Of a stretch of 64,000 nt of DNA, positions 1-13,651 are shown piece by piece. Under the pieces are notes generated by a model. That model had not been told where the DNA came from. It saw only the letters and a list, made by a program, of their open reading frames with translations, and ran no database searches. The stretch is taken from contig NC_086097.1 in NCBI RefSeq assembly GCF_963921235.1, positions 97,342,001 through 97,406,000 of the forward strand, given 5' to 3'. Positions within the stretch are counted from its first letter, which is position 1; each line of letters starts with the position of its first letter. The position numbers and the translations under genes were made by a program. This stretch comes from Mobula hypostoma. Its lineage: Eukaryota.

Positions 1-669
1 CAAACATTTGGCTCCAGGATCGCTGTCTTCAGAACAGATGAGACTGAAATAAAGGAAGCAGTGGGTGTATGTGGGCTAGGGAGGGGTCCACCCCTTCCCA
101 AGCAGCAGTGGTCTGAGTGTAAATCTAATTTCACACCACACACAGTTACTAGCACAACTCACAAAGCACTGGCGAAACACAGTCATTAGGCAGTATCTAT
201 GGAGGAGAATGGACAGTCAGCAATTTCAGATCACGGCTCTTTATCTGGACTGAAGTCTTCAGTGAGATGACCCCTGAAGGCACTCACTCGCATGCAGTCC
301 TTTGAAGCTAGGCAGGGACATCCACATCGGGTTAATTAGCCACTGTAAAAACAGAATTGCCCTTATTGTGTGGGTGGGTGGTAGAATCTAGTGTGTGTTG
401 ATGGGAACGTGGGGAGAACAGGACACAGGGAATATTAGTTGGGATTGAGGTTGCTCTGTGACCTGGCATAGACTTGATGTCATAAGGAAATCTGAAAATT
501 GATATGAAAATATTATCAGCCTCTTCATAGCACAACAGGGGGGAAATTAAATCCACTTTCCTCAAATTCTATAGTAAGCAAATAAAGTTACCAGACGGGG
601 AGGAAAAGGTGGAAGGTGTCAGGGAGGGATGGAAAAGAGACCCACAACTGGCAGTAGGGAAGGACTCAC

Positions 670-830
670 CGGGATAGTTTCGGCAGCCTCCAGCCGAACA
701 GCCCCTTACCCACCGCCCCTCATTGATGGACACCGTCCACTTGTGGAGCTTGTCATCGTCCAGTGCATCTGGCGTCAGGTTGCAGATCTCCAGCTTTGTG
801 TAGTTCCTCTTGAAATCATCAAAAGCCATC
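670..830 (-). CDS. CAPN3: Calpain-3 exon (exon 10 equivalent); gene continues beyond the window start
   Basis: gtttgcag|GATGGCT...TATCCCG|gtgagt; 161 bp; [53 protein letters not shown]. Confidence 0.97.
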
Positions 831-2605
831 CTGCAAACAGCAACAGAGAGGAGGTGTTGTGTTCCATCCAGTAGCCCACTGCTCATCGGGATTCTTGTTA
901 TGAGGCATTGAATGATTAAAGCCTGAGTCAGGTTTAATTTGTTCATGTCTGACTGGGCTGGGAAGGGACGGGAACACCAAACAAAATTAGAAAGTGAAGC
1001 CTGTGGTTGTTGCATTTCCTCCCACTGCCCCTGGCCACGCCTCTGGTGCACTCCAATATTCTCAAACTAACTTACTGCTAATTGGTTCATTAATGTCAAG
1101 CGTACCAAGACACAGAGAATATATGCACCAAGTGGCAGTTTCTCCTGAAGATAATAACCAAACATAAGTATGCCAAGGCATATAAAGGGAATAACTGAAT
1201 GCAGACTATAATGTTACAGATTACAGAGAAAATGCAGTGCAGCCAGACAATAAGGAGCCAGGGCCATGATGAGGTAGATTGATTGATCAGTAGTTTATCT
1301 TCATCATACAAGAGGTCTGTTCAGGAACGTTATAGCAGTGTAATAGAAGCTGTCCTTGAACCTGGTGGTGTGTATTTTCTGGCTTTGATATTTTCTGACC
1401 ATTAGGAGGAGGAAGAAGAGAGAATGATCTGCATGGGGGGGTGGTCCTTGATTATGTTATACTCCTGTTCCCAAAGCAATTACCTACATTAGGACGCCGT
1501 GGTGCCGCAGTTGGTTCTGTGACCTGACGGCTCCAGAGACACAGGTTCAATGTTGAGTTCCGACGTTGTCTTTGCGTGCTCGCTACATGATTGGCCACAT
1601 TTACTCTGGTTTCCTCCCTCACCCTTATTGGAATAAAGAATCAGGGGATACTCGATGGGCATGTGAGACAAAGCAAGATGTAAGGCTACAGGGAGACAGG
1701 GTGGGGAAGAGAACAATGGGGATTTCTCTGCTGCGTGCCGACAGATGGACTGAATGGTCTCATTCTGTGTCATAATAAATAGGAAAGACCCGAGGCAGCA
1801 AGCAAAAGGTCCACCAACTTATACAAACCACAGATTTCTCACTAACTAGGCCATTCAGTCCATCAAGTCTATACTGTCTCTCAGATCACATTCCCTATCA
1901 TCCTCTTCAACTCCACTTCAATTGTCTTGGCACTCACCTGTGCCCCAGGAAATTTACAGTGACCAGTTAATCTACCAATCTACATGTCTCTGGGATATGG
2001 AAGGAATCCAGAGCAACTGGCTGAAGCCCACACAAAAACGGAGGGAACATGCAAACCCCACACAGACAACACCCAGAGTCAGGTTCAAGCCTGGGTTCTG
2101 GAGCTTTGAGGCAGCAGCATTACCTGCTGTGCCACTGTGCCCCACTCTTCCTTGTAACCTGGACTTCCGAACACCTGCGGAGGCCGTACAGGGGTCCCCA
2201 GTTCTCCAGGCTTCAGGCCCTTCTCCCTGCTAGGTACCCGCCTCACTGCCCTTGGTATTGTGGGACTAGGCAAAGACCTCTTGCTGTAGTAATCTCAGGG
2301 AATCATCCACCCGTGAGTGAAGATGGTAGCTTCAAAGGACTGCTTAATCACATGGACGTCTTCAAGAAGGAGGAGCCAGTGGCCGGCAGAACCAGCAATG
2401 GGAAACAGTGAAATCAACCAATTTTTCAGCTTCCTTAGAGACCCACTTCAGCTGCATCTCCAAGAAGCCCAGTGTTTTATTCTGAAATTAGGCTTTCCAA
2501 TTCTATGCTGTCAAGCTATTTTAGGTCGGGCTGTACGAAGGGGATGTGAGCAGTATTGATAAGACAGAGTGTTTGAACATCAGGCAACGGGGCTTTTATC
2601 CTCAC

Positions 2606-2683
2606 CAAAACTCTCCATCATCTTTCATTTGATGTTGCAGCCGTTGCTTTTGCGATTTGTCAATCTCAGACCACTCCCGGGCC
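2606..2683 (-). CDS. CAPN3: Calpain-3 exon (exon 9 equivalent)
   Basis: ccattccag|GGCCCGG...TTTTG|gtgagg; 78 bp; AREWSEIDKSQKQRLQHQMKDDGEF(W). Confidence 0.95.
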
Positions 2684-3519
2684 CTGGAATGGAAGGGGAA
2701 TACCGTTATCAGACTTGGAAAATCCCACGTTCACCCTGCCTCCCTCCCAAAGGATGGAAGTCTGGAACCGCCATTGCAACATCCTGAACTCTTCACCAAC
2801 TCCTGCTAGGGAAGGGCTTCACAAACAAGATCCTGTGTCCAGCTAGTACAACCACAACTTGCAAGAAGTTACACTCCAAGATATTCCGAGGCACTTCACA
2901 AGAGCATCTTCAAATGAAATGTGCCATCACACCAAATATTAGAGGAGATACTCACTTAATGGAGAGTAATAATTATCATTCTTGTCCTGTTCCCTGCAAG
3001 CGGTCAACTATATAAAATCTGTCTTTACCCTTACTCGGTTGGGAATGTCAAGTGCAGCAGGTTCAAACGCACATTCAGGTAAGCAGCAGCGATAGGCCAC
3101 AGCCCCTCGTGTGCTCTACCCTTCAATGAGATCCTTCACCCACTTGTTTATCATAACTCTGTTTAAAAATATCAAAGACTGGTTCCACGGCCTTTGAGGA
3201 AGAGAATTCTAAAAGACCCAACCTTTTGAGACAAAGAAAAAAATTCCCTACCTTTTCTTAAAGATATATCTCCCTCTTTGAAAGTATATCCCTAGTACTG
3301 AATTCTACCACAAGAATAAATATCCCCTCCACGTCCACATATCGTATCCTCAGGGCACGATGTCTTTGAATCTAGTCCCCTTCTCATTCTTGTAAACACC
3401 AGCATACACAAGCCTAGCCTGCCCAACCTTCCCTCCGAAGTCTACTCTGGATAGCATGCCTTAGCATCCTTCCTTAAATAAGACCAGTTCAGTACACTCC
3501 ATCCATTTTCACCAACACC

Positions 3520-3740
3520 CTGCTACTGTCCGTAAGGAGTTTGTACGCTCCCCCCGTGACTGCGTAGGTTTCCTCCAGGTGCTCTGGTTTCCTCCAGCAG
3601 TCCAAAGGTGTAACAATTGGTAGGTTAATCGGTCATTGTAAATTGTACTGTGGATAGGACAGGGTTAAATCGGGGATTGCTGGGCAGTGTGGCTCGAAAG
3701 GCCAAAAGGCCCTACCCCATGCTGTACCTCAACAAATAAG
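3520..3740 (+). mobile_element. V-SINE/HE1-like tRNA-derived SINE (other copies at ~1490, ~1930, ~13215, ~18960, ~26280, ~36040, ~44400, ~51100)
   Basis: V-domain-like ggagtttgtacgctcccccgtgactgcgtaggtttcctccaggtgctctggtttcctcc. Confidence 0.65.
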
Positions 3741-6222
3741 AAAAATATAACTAAAGCACTTGAAGTGGTTTCCTCTCAATAAGTAACCAGTCTGTTAGTC
3801 TTCCTAATCACTTGCTGTACTTGTGGGAACAATGCATTCAGAAGCCTAGATCCCTCTGCAGTCTCTCACCATTTAGATAGTATGTTACCTTTTAATTTAA
3901 TGTTTTTTGGAAGAATGGACATTTCCCACAATATACTCCATTTACCAGATTCTGTCTGTATTTTTGTAGCCTCTTTATGTCTTCTTCACAACTGACTCTC
4001 TTTGTCTCAGCGTCTGAGTGTTTTACATTTGCAAAAAGAGGCAGTTTCTGTCCATCAATTGTTACATCTTACTGACCAGACAAAGACCCATTTATGCTCT
4101 TTCTCTATGTCCTGTTAGCCAGTCAGTCTCCAAATGAGTCAACATGTTAACCTTCTACATCATGAACCATTTCTTTTGACAATAACAATGGATGTGCAAA
4201 ATTATTAAATATCTTCTGGAAAATGAAGTTTAGAACATCCATCAACTTTTCTTTATTCACAACACAAAGAACTTCAATGAATTGCTTGCTCATGATTTCC
4301 TATACACAAAACCACATTAACTTTGCCAGGTCATTTTGAATGTTTCAAAGTGTCCTGCTATAACGTCCTCATAAGGAAAACTTCTAACACTTCCCAATGA
4401 CAGATGTTAAGTTAATTGGCCTGTAGTTTCCTGCTTTCTGTCTCCCTGTCTTTTCGATTAAAGGAGTTACATTTTCAGAAACACAATCAGAATAAGGTTT
4501 ATTGCCACTGACACCTCAGGCTCACATACTTCCTCCTTGAATGTAACAACGAGAAGAGGGCATATCCTGAGTGGTGTGGGTCTTTAATGATGGATGTCAC
4601 ATTTTTGAGGGATCACCTTTTGACGATCTCCTCGATGGTGGGAAGTTAATTCTGCAATCTTATCGAATTTGCGGAAATTTTGGAAAATTAAAACCAACAC
4701 AACAGCTACCTCATTAGTCAATTATTTTGAAACCTTAGAATGAAGTCCATCAAACCTGAGGTGCTTAATGTCTTGAGAAACAAACAATCAAGCCAGCAAA
4801 GTTGACCACTCACACCAATTTATCACTTGGCACAAAGACACAAGTTTTACGGAAGTTTTGGAAAGGAACTTAATTTCTTTGAGGCTTGCTAACAGAAGGA
4901 TGGTGAAGTTCAGGAATGATTCTGAACTTGAGGAATGATGATATCCAAGTTCAGTTGTACTGGGGAAATTTACAAAAGAGGACTGTGGAAAGTATGAGAG
5001 AGTCATGGGTGGATTTAAGACCAAATTAATTCAAAAATTTGCTGTCAGTGAATGCCACACTCTCTGGTACAAATTAGGACAGAACTTTGGTGAGTTCACA
5101 GAAAGTAAATGAAGGAGGTCAGACAGGAATGTTCTGTGATTTGTTCAGTGCAAAGGAAACAAGAACTTGAATGAAGATTTGATCTGCAGGTGACCTGAGG
5201 TAAGAGCAGAGCTGGGCCATGCTATAGAGGTGGAAGTCTGTCCTGGTGGTTACAGCGGTGGAGCCTACAGAATGATGGGAAGCAATACTGTCTGACTTGC
5301 TGAAGGAGATTTCTGGCCATCCAGCAATGAGTCCAATTGTCTTTAGCCAATCTGAAACAGTGGAGGGGTCACAAGAGGTGGTAGCGATATAGAGCCAGGT
5401 GTGGTCAGTGTACATGGGACATTTACTTCGTGTTTCCAACGGATGTTGATGGGAAACAAAGTGTAGATTTCAAATAGCAGGGGTCAAGAGACAGATGCTT
5501 GGGAGCACACAGAACACTGGTGTGGAAGAAGAAAAGCTATTGCTTATAAATTTCCATCAATGGCTAGATAGCTAGATATGGAACCAGCTGAACATATGAC
5601 ACTGAGGTGGAGAATAGTGTGGACAACCTTGTCAAAGGATGCAAGGAGGTCAAGAGGTATGACAAGGAGTACCTTTGTCCTTGTTTAAAGATGCAGGGTA
5701 TTAATCAAGAGGAGCTGTGTCACTTCTCTGGTGGGGTGGGAACTAGACTGGAGGGATTCAGGGCTCAAGAAAGCTAGGAGGTGACATCACATTCGAGGGT
5801 TTTAGAGAAGAAAGAGACAGTGGAGGTGGGGCAATGGTTTGGAAAGACATAAAGATCAGGATCAATGCTGTGAAAGAAATGGTGAAAACAACTAAGGAGA
5901 AGGGGAACAATATCTCAGGAACTGAATATTGACTTACACGAGGGAAGTGAAGTTGGCTGGTGATAGGGGAGATCACATGTGAGCTTCAATAGATCCTTTC
6001 CCCAAAAATATAGACAGAAACTACAAAGTTCAAAGTATTATACGTAGCCCACAGATCATCGCCATGGTTCACTGATGCCATCTTGCTCCAACTACATGGA
6101 CTAACCAAACATAAGACAGACGATCCTAGATTTTTCCTTTAACAGCCCAGGGACAACATACGAGTAAAACAAAATGGACCACAGTTACAAATCTTTACAT
6201 GATTAGAGCAAGGAAAACATAC

Positions 6223-6308
6223 TTATCACTCCAGGGCCCATTCCACTCAACCGTTCCCCATGGGTTCCTCAAACGCACCAACTTCACTTTCTGATTTCTG
6301 TGAGTGAC
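6223..6308 (-). CDS. CAPN3: Calpain-3 exon (exon 8 equivalent), contains the catalytic Asn
   Basis: gacatcag|GTCACT...GATAA|gtatgt; 86 bp; [28 protein letters not shown](K). Confidence 0.96.
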
Positions 6309-6859
6309 CTGATGTCAAAATTACCACTGTTACTTGAGGACAAAAATTAAACACGAAGACATAAACATACAGAAACGTGGAAACCTTGATGTTTACTCCG
6401 TGACTGCAACAGAGAATTTAGTCTCGAAAATGTGCCCGTATCTATGTGTAAGATTTCCTCCCAAGCATAGCCCCAATCTTATCAGAATACATGCAAGATT
6501 ATGTGGAAGTGGGTGAGAGTATAGGTGAAACCATACCCACTATCCAGGTATTAGGCTTGTATTGCATTAGTCTCCTTAGAGCTATGAGATGCAATGATGT
6601 GCAAATTATATTTTCAATATTTCCAGGTTAACTTCAGCCAAGTTTAAAGCTTGACAAGAAATTTCTGGGGTCTCTTGTGTTTTCCCAGCCTGGAAGCTCA
6701 CCCAGCGATGCCCCCCTTTTTCCTGGGTCATAGTGTAAGTAGATCTCCCTGATCTACAAAATAACTCTACTAGCATTTTCAAATAAAGCTGCCATTCTAC
6801 AAACCATATTATTCTTCATTCATACACCAGTTAAAGGACAACCCTCTGACGACTTCATA

Positions 6860-7510
6860 AATCTGGATGCATCCACCATTTCTGCTGGCAGCTTGTTCCA
6901 TACTCTTACCACCCTCTGAGTGGTCCCCTTAAACATTTCATCTTTCACCCTTAATCTATCATCTCCAGTTCTAGTCTCACCCAACCTCAGTGGAAAAAGA
7001 CAGCTTGCATTTACCCCATCTATAATCCTCAAAATTGTGTATACCCCTATCAAATCTCCCCTCATTCTCCTACGCTCAGGGAATAAAGCCCTAGCCTATA
7101 CAACCTTCCCCTATAAATGAGGTCCTCAAATCCTGGCAACTTCCTTACAAATTTTATCTGCATTCTTTCAACCTTATTGATATCCTTCCTGTCGGTAGAT
7201 GACCAAAACTGCACACAATACTCCAAATATGGCCGCACCAATATCTTATACAACTTCAACATAGCATCCTAACTCCTGTACTCAGTACCTTGATTTATGA
7301 GGGCCAATCTACCAAAAGCTCCCTTTATGATCCTATTCACCTGTGGCCTCATTTTCAGGTAAGTATGGATCAGTGTTCCCAGATCCCTTTGTTGTACCCC
7401 ACTCCTCAATGTCCTACTGCTCACTGTGTAAACCCTACCCTGATTTGTCCACCCAAAGTGCAGCACCTCACACTTGCCTGAATTAAGTTCCATCTGCCAT
7501 CTTTCCAGCT
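6860..7510 (-). mobile_element. CR1 3' fragment
   Basis: KCEVLHFG, LYKILVRPYLEYCVQFWS, RGDLIGVY. Confidence 0.85.
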
Positions 7511-8040
7511 GATCAGAGTTAAATCAAACTCTTACCTAGTAGATACCCCGACCTTAGGAATTCTCATCCCCAGAATACTGTGGAGGCTCAGTCGCTAAGT
7601 TCATTGATAGATCTTTGGATATTAAAGGAATCAAGGGATCGTGCAAGAAGGTGGAGCTGAGGGAGCAAATCAATCATGATCTCGACGAAAGGCTCAAAGT
7701 GTTGAACGGAGATTCTGGATTCTAGAGCAACACACAAATGCTCTAGGAACTCAGCAGGTCAGACAACATCAATGGAGGGAGGTGGACAGTCAATATTGCA
7801 TGCTGAGACTCGGCTCTGGACCCAAAATGCCAATTCTCCATTTTCCTCCATACATGCTGCTTGATGTATTGAGTTCCTCCTGTGTCTTACTCAGCATTCC
7901 CTATCCCCAGGTACACCCCACATGTGATCTTATACCCAACTGTTTCCTCAGAGTTACCTTAAGAACCCCATTACCAACCTGTGCCCTGAGACAATAACAT
8001 ACATGGTAAATTACTTAACGTAAAGGCTCCCACACCTTAC

Positions 8041-8124
8041 CTCGTCCACACCGGTTACTGAGTAGGCGTGACCTTTGACCAGGCCGCTGGGCAACCGCGT
8101 CTCGAACTGCAGGGGTACGAAGGA
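8041..8124 (-). CDS. CAPN3: Calpain-3 exon (exon 7 equivalent), contains the catalytic His
   Basis: tcttttgacag|TCCTTC...GACGAG|gtaagg; 84 bp; [28 protein letters not shown]. Confidence 0.96.
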
Positions 8125-8268
8125 CTGTCAAAAGAGATGTTGATCAATATGACAATACTGATGAGACAGGGCTATAGAAACAAGCTGCAAATAAACATGA
8201 GTCGTTTCACCTCCCTGAGATGTGGCATTGTTTATGACCCCTATCCAGACCAACTTCAAGAGTGTGTT

Positions 8269-9084
8269 CAAGCAACACACATAAAATTTGCTGGTGAACA
8301 CAACAGGCCAGGCAGCATGTATAGGAAGAGGTACAGTCAACACTTCGGGCCAAGACCCTTTGTCAGGGCGAACTGAAAGAAGAGATAGTAAGAGATAGTA
8401 ACGGTCTCCCAGCCTGTGTCGGGTTTCGCTGAACACCTACGCTCTGTCTGCCAGAGAAAGCAGGATCTCCCAGTAGCCACACATTTTAATTCCATATCCC
8501 ATTCCCATTCTGATATGTCTATCCACGGCCTCCTCTACTGTCAAGATGAAGCCACACTCAGGTTGGAGGAACAACACCTTATATTCCGTCTGGGTAGCCT
8601 CCAACCTGATGGCATGAACACTGACTTCTCTAACCTCCGCTGATGCCCCACCTCCCCCTTGTACCCCATCCGTTATTTATTTATATACACATTCTTTCTC
8701 TCCCTCTCCTTTTTCTCCCTCTGTCCCTCTCACTATACCCCTTGCCCATCCTCTGGGCTTCCCCCCCTCCCCCTTTTCCTTCTCCCCGGACCTCCTGTCC
8801 CATGATCCTCTCATATCCCTTTTGCCAATCACCTGTCCAGCTCTTGGCTCCATCCCTCCCCCTCCTGTCTTCTCCTATCATTTCGGATCTCCCCCTCCCC
8901 CTCCCACTTTCAAATCTCTTACTATCTCTTCTTTCAGTTAGTCCTGACGAAGGGTCTCGGCCCGAAACGTTGACTGTACCTCTTCCTAGAGATGCTGCCT
9001 GGCCTGCTGCGTTCACCAGCAACTTTTATGTGTGTTGCTTGAAATTCCAGCATCTGCAGATTTCCTCGTGTTTGCGTTTTTAAA
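8269..9084 (+). mobile_element. Penelope-like element (Neptune-type family A), 3' fragment with inverted 5' end
   Basis: GIY-YIG C-terminus (FAEHLRSV...VATHFN...LRLEEQHLIFRLGSLQPDGMN). 8269-8400 is an inverted copy of the 3' end. 14-bp TSD ttcaagagtgtgtt at 8255-8268 and 9085-9098. Confidence 0.88.
8940..8975 (+). ncRNA. Minimal type I hammerhead ribozyme motif (PLE family A), GUU cleavage triplet
   Basis: AGTC-CTGACGA-A-GGG tctcgg CCC-GAAA-CG-TT-GACT. Confidence 0.72.
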
Positions 9085-9254
9085 TTCAAGAGTGTGTTAC
9101 CAAAATACTACCTGCATATCTCCCGTGCCAGCTCTGATCCAAATACCCTAGGCCATCATCTCGTAACCATCAAACACTCTCTGCCCACACTTCGGTAAAT
9201 CGGACTATCAGGCTGTGGTCCTTCTGCCCGCATGCAAACAGAAGCTGCAGCATT

Positions 9255-11335
9255 AGGGCTCCTGTACAGAGAGTCATTCAGTGCTACATGACTGCTTTGA
9301 GTTGGTAGACTGGCCCATGGCCAAAGCTCAGTAACAGGCCGATAGGAGTATGTCACCAATCTCACGGACTTCATCAGTAAGTGTGTTGAGGACTGTGTAT
9401 GAAAGAGGACAATTCAGGTGTTCTGAAGCCAGAAGTAATGGATGACCCAGAACATCCTCTCCCTATGAAAGCTGAGGACTGCAGCATTCAAACCAGGTGG
9501 CCCTGAACTTTACAAGAAATCAGCACGTGACTTCCATAACGATATCATGGTTGCCAAGAGACAGTGCCAGTCTAAAATGGAGTCGCAGACCAGCTATGGC
9601 AGGACTTACACGCTATAACAAGCTACAAGATGAGGTCAGGCAGCATCACCGACCTCACCAACAGCGCGTCCCTTCCAATGAACTAAATGCTTTCCATGCA
9701 TTGTTTGAACTGAAGGGGGTTGGAATGTCCCCACCCACCAAGGCAGATTCCAAAGTGCCTGAACCCATCGTCACCATCGCACATCTAAGATCAGCCTTCC
9801 ACCGAGTGAGCCTGCAGGCAGCATCTGCCCCAGATGGCATTCCTGGCTCTTTCCTTAGATACTGTTCAGGTCAACTGGTGAGCGCATTTGCAAACATTTT
9901 TAACTTCTCCCAGCTTCAATATGAGGTGCCCAACTGCCTTAAGAAGACGACTATCAAACCCGGTACCTCAGAAAAACAAGTTAACATGGCTTAATGTCTA
10001 CCTCCCAGTGACTCTGACATCCACTATAAGGAAGCTTTTTGAGAGGCTGGCCATGCATGCACTAACTCCAGCCTCTCAGACAACCTCGACCCACTACAAC
10101 TCAGCTACCGTCAAAACAGCTCTACAGCAGCTGCCTCTCCCTGGCCCTGCACTCTTTCTGGAGCATATGAGAAGTAAAGATGCCTACATCTGACTGCTGT
10201 ATATGGAGTACAGCTCTGACTTCGATACAACAGTTCCAAGGAAACTCATCTCCAAACTCCAAGACCTTGGACTCATCACCTCACTTTGCAGTTGGATCCT
10301 TGACTTCCTGATCAACAGATTGCAATCAGTAACACCTTACTCAAGGCTCTCCTCAACACTGGAATGATACCACCTTCCAATATATCAACACTGGGCCCCA
10401 CAAGACAGCATCGTCAGCCTCTTACTCCAGTCCCAGTACACACACGACTGTGTGGTCATGCTCTGCTCTATCTCCATTTACAAGTTTGCAGATGACACCA
10501 CTGTAATGGGCTGTACTGTATCTCAAATAACAATGAGTCGGAGTACAGGAAGGAGCTAGAGAACCTACTAACATGGTGACTTGATGACAACCTTTTCCTC
10601 AATGTCTGCAAAACAAAAGAGCTGGTCATGGGCTTCGGGAAGGGGGGGTGCACGTGCTACTGTCTACATCCATGGCATTGACGTCAAGAGGGTTGAGCGC
10701 TATTGGTGTGAGCATGATCAATAGCTTGTCCTGGTCCATCCACGTTGAATCCCTGGCCAAGAAAGCTTACCAGCACCTCTACTTCCTCAGGAGGCTAAAT
10801 AAATTTGTCACGTCCCCGCTAACCCTCACAAACTTCTATCGATACATAATAGAATGCATTCCAACCAAATTCATCATGGCTTGGTACGGCACCTGCTCTG
10901 TCTGTGAGCACAAGAAACTGCAGAGAGTTGTGAATGCAACTCAGCTCATCATAGAAACCAGCCTTCTTGCTGCCTCAGCAAAGCAGCTGCCCTCCCAGGA
11001 CATTTTCTCTTCTCCTGCCTCCCACCAGGCAGAAAATACAAAGGTCTGAAAGCACATACTACCAGGCACAAGGAGAACTTCCACCTGACTATTATAAGGC
11101 GATTGACTGGTTTCCTCATACGAAAAGTTGGACTCTTGACTGCACGGTCTATGTTATGATCTTGCACCTTACTGTCTCTCTGCAGTGCACTTTCTATGTA
11201 ATTGTAACAAGTTATTCTGCTCTGTTTAATTGTTTTACCTTGTACAACCTTAATCCACTGTTAATCTGTATGAACAATATGTAAAACAAGTTTTTCACTG
11301 TACCTCAGTACATATGACATACTAAATACAGTAAA
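9255..11335 (+). mobile_element. Rex1/Babar-type LINE fragment, degenerate
   Basis: ASAPDGIPG, PVTLTSTIRKLFERL, YKFADDT, and the KKAYQHLYFLRRL C-terminal domain. Confidence 0.78.
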
Positions 11336-13475
11336 TTACATTACCAATGTACTTCTACCCTCTCTCCTACATCCTGCGGACTTGCAGCTTTCCAATTCCC
11401 TCTGTCGATGGGATTTCTCAGTTCAGCTCCCCAACTCAGTGAATGTGCAAATTCCACACAGACAGCGTCAGAGGTTGGGAATGGACCCAAATCCCAGGTG
11501 TGCTCTTCTTGCTCTGTCGAAGCTGCCTTTCCACTCCTGCTTACTAATGTTAACGTACATCCCCTAATGATTGACATCTCAACAGGGGTAAATCTTTGAT
11601 GAAAATCGTGTTTAATTTTCTACTTCAAGATTAAATTCCCTCTTCCTCCTCTGGACTAAGTAGAATAACTTTAGCATAGCCGAATTTTCCTCTTAACCAA
11701 CAATCCTGTCTCTGGCATTATCATACATCCTTCTTGCAACGTGGACTCGGGACTCTGCACAATTTCCCAACTGCAAACATAGTGCAAGAATAAAATAAAA
11801 ATATTAAAAAACAGCAGATCAGTCAGTTTCTGTGGAGAGAGAAATAGTTAATGTTTTCAGGTCAAAGATGTCTCATCGGAACTGGGAAACAGAAAAAAGT
11901 TTGCCCTAACCATCTCTCCCCCATCTCTCTTTCCTAGTTCAGAGAAGGGTCTTTGGCTTGAAATGTAAACTTGTTCCTCCTTCTACAGATACTGCTTGAC
12001 CTAAGGAGTATTTACAAGATTTTGTGGGTTAATTTCAGATTTCCAGCATCTGTAGTTGTTTTACATTTTCATGGTACTGGAGTGACTTTAATGATCTTCT
12101 ATGCTATGCCTAATTATCACATAAATGATCTTTTCACCTTATCCATGGATTCTTCTTCTGCTTTTCCATTGGCTAACATTTTCTCAATGGTCTCTACTTT
12201 ATCATAAATGAGTTTGACCACTCTGCCGCCGTCTGTGTTTTATCCTGCAGCCCTGATTTCACTCCAGCCACATCTCAGTTATCTCTTCCGATTATAATTT
12301 GCTTGCAAAATATTATTGTCTCCATGTTTTAAAACAAAATTATCAAACACCCCAGCAGAAGCTTCTAATGAGTTCAGAGTTATTTTGTGACAATTAGGCA
12401 CAGATTAGCGCAGATTATTATCGGCATTGTCCGCCATTTTTCACTGAGTGTGTGTGTTTTACATGGTTAGCATTGCCTAGCCTAGTCCAAAAGCTAAAGG
12501 CTTCTGATGTTATGTTGTGTGAAAAAAGATCCAGAGCAGCTGCAAGACATTAAATGGTCAAAAGTAGAGGCAAAGCAAAACTTGCTGACAGGCTTAAAGT
12601 GTCTCTGTTATACTGTTCACGCCAGAAAATGCTGTGGTTGAAATTCTTTAGATCCATTGAATTTCCACCAGCTGTGCATCAGCTCAGCGTTGATATGGTG
12701 TTGGGGTCTTCCAGATCAGGAATCTACTGCTACGCAAAATATGAAATATCCCCACTTCTTTGTTCACATCTAAAAATTGGGGTCTGCTTGTACTTTTATC
12801 TGCTTTGCAAGTCAAAAGGTTCAGGCAGTGCAAGGCAGCCCAAGCTTGGTCCTGCACAGAGTTATGGGATAAAATTCACATGTTATAAATGTTATACAGT
12901 TTGTCTGGTAAACAACTGTGGAAAAGAATCTGTCATTGTATTTATTCCACGTGAAATGGATTCTCACTGTTTAATTGGACCTGTTTATTCAGGAGAGGAT
13001 TATTCGCAATACTGTTTCAGTTTATTTAACAGGCAAAGAGTTACCCACTGTAGAATTAAAGGTAATGATTAAAGATTAGTGTTATTTGCCATGTGTAGAT
13101 CAAAACATACTGTGAAATGCAGTGCTAGTTTCAAATCAAATCAGTGAGGATTGTGCTGAGCAGCCCACAAGTTCTGCCACGCTTCCAGCGCCAACACAGC
13201 ATGTCTGCAACTTACTCATCCCAACCAGAACGTCTTTGGAATGTGGAGGAAACTGGAGCACCCGGAGGAAAGCCACACGGTCAGAGGGAGAACACACAAA
13301 TTCTTACAGACAGCAGCAGGAGCTGAACCCCAATCTTACAGCTGGCGCAGTAAGGCATTGCACTAACTGTGACGCTACCGTGCACAAATTGCGCTAAGTT
13401 CCAGAAAGGTTATCCACAAGTGTCAGTCAGCATGCACTGCAGATGCAATAATGCTTGTGTCATTCCCATACAAAC

Positions 13476-13610
13476 CCTGACTAGATGGTCCTCCACGTTC
13501 TTGCTGAGATTACCAACGTTGGCCTGAGGCACAGCGTGGCCATTTACGCGGGACAGAAACTGTTGCAGTTGTGCTTCTAACATGACCGCAGTCCCACAAA
13601 ATATACCATC
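13476..13610 (-). CDS. CAPN3: Candidate calpain-3 IS1 insertion exon (exon 6 equivalent), diverged
   Basis: aattccag|GATGGT...GTCAGG|gtttgt; 135 bp, phase 0/0, no stop codon; DGIFCGTAVMLEAQLQQFLSRVNGHAVPQANVGNLSKNVEDHLVR. Lies between exons 5 and 7; starts DG and ends R like mammalian IS1. Splice sites are weak. Confidence 0.6.
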
Positions 13611-13651
13611 CTGGAATTTGAGATATATCACACAATATCACTCAGCTTGGA

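Noticed and set aside
1490..1630. tRNA-like A/B box sequence
   Set aside because: Head of a tRNA-derived V-SINE, not a tRNA gene.
12554..13072. 172-aa antisense ORF
   Set aside because: No recognisable domain; composition looks like random intron sequence.
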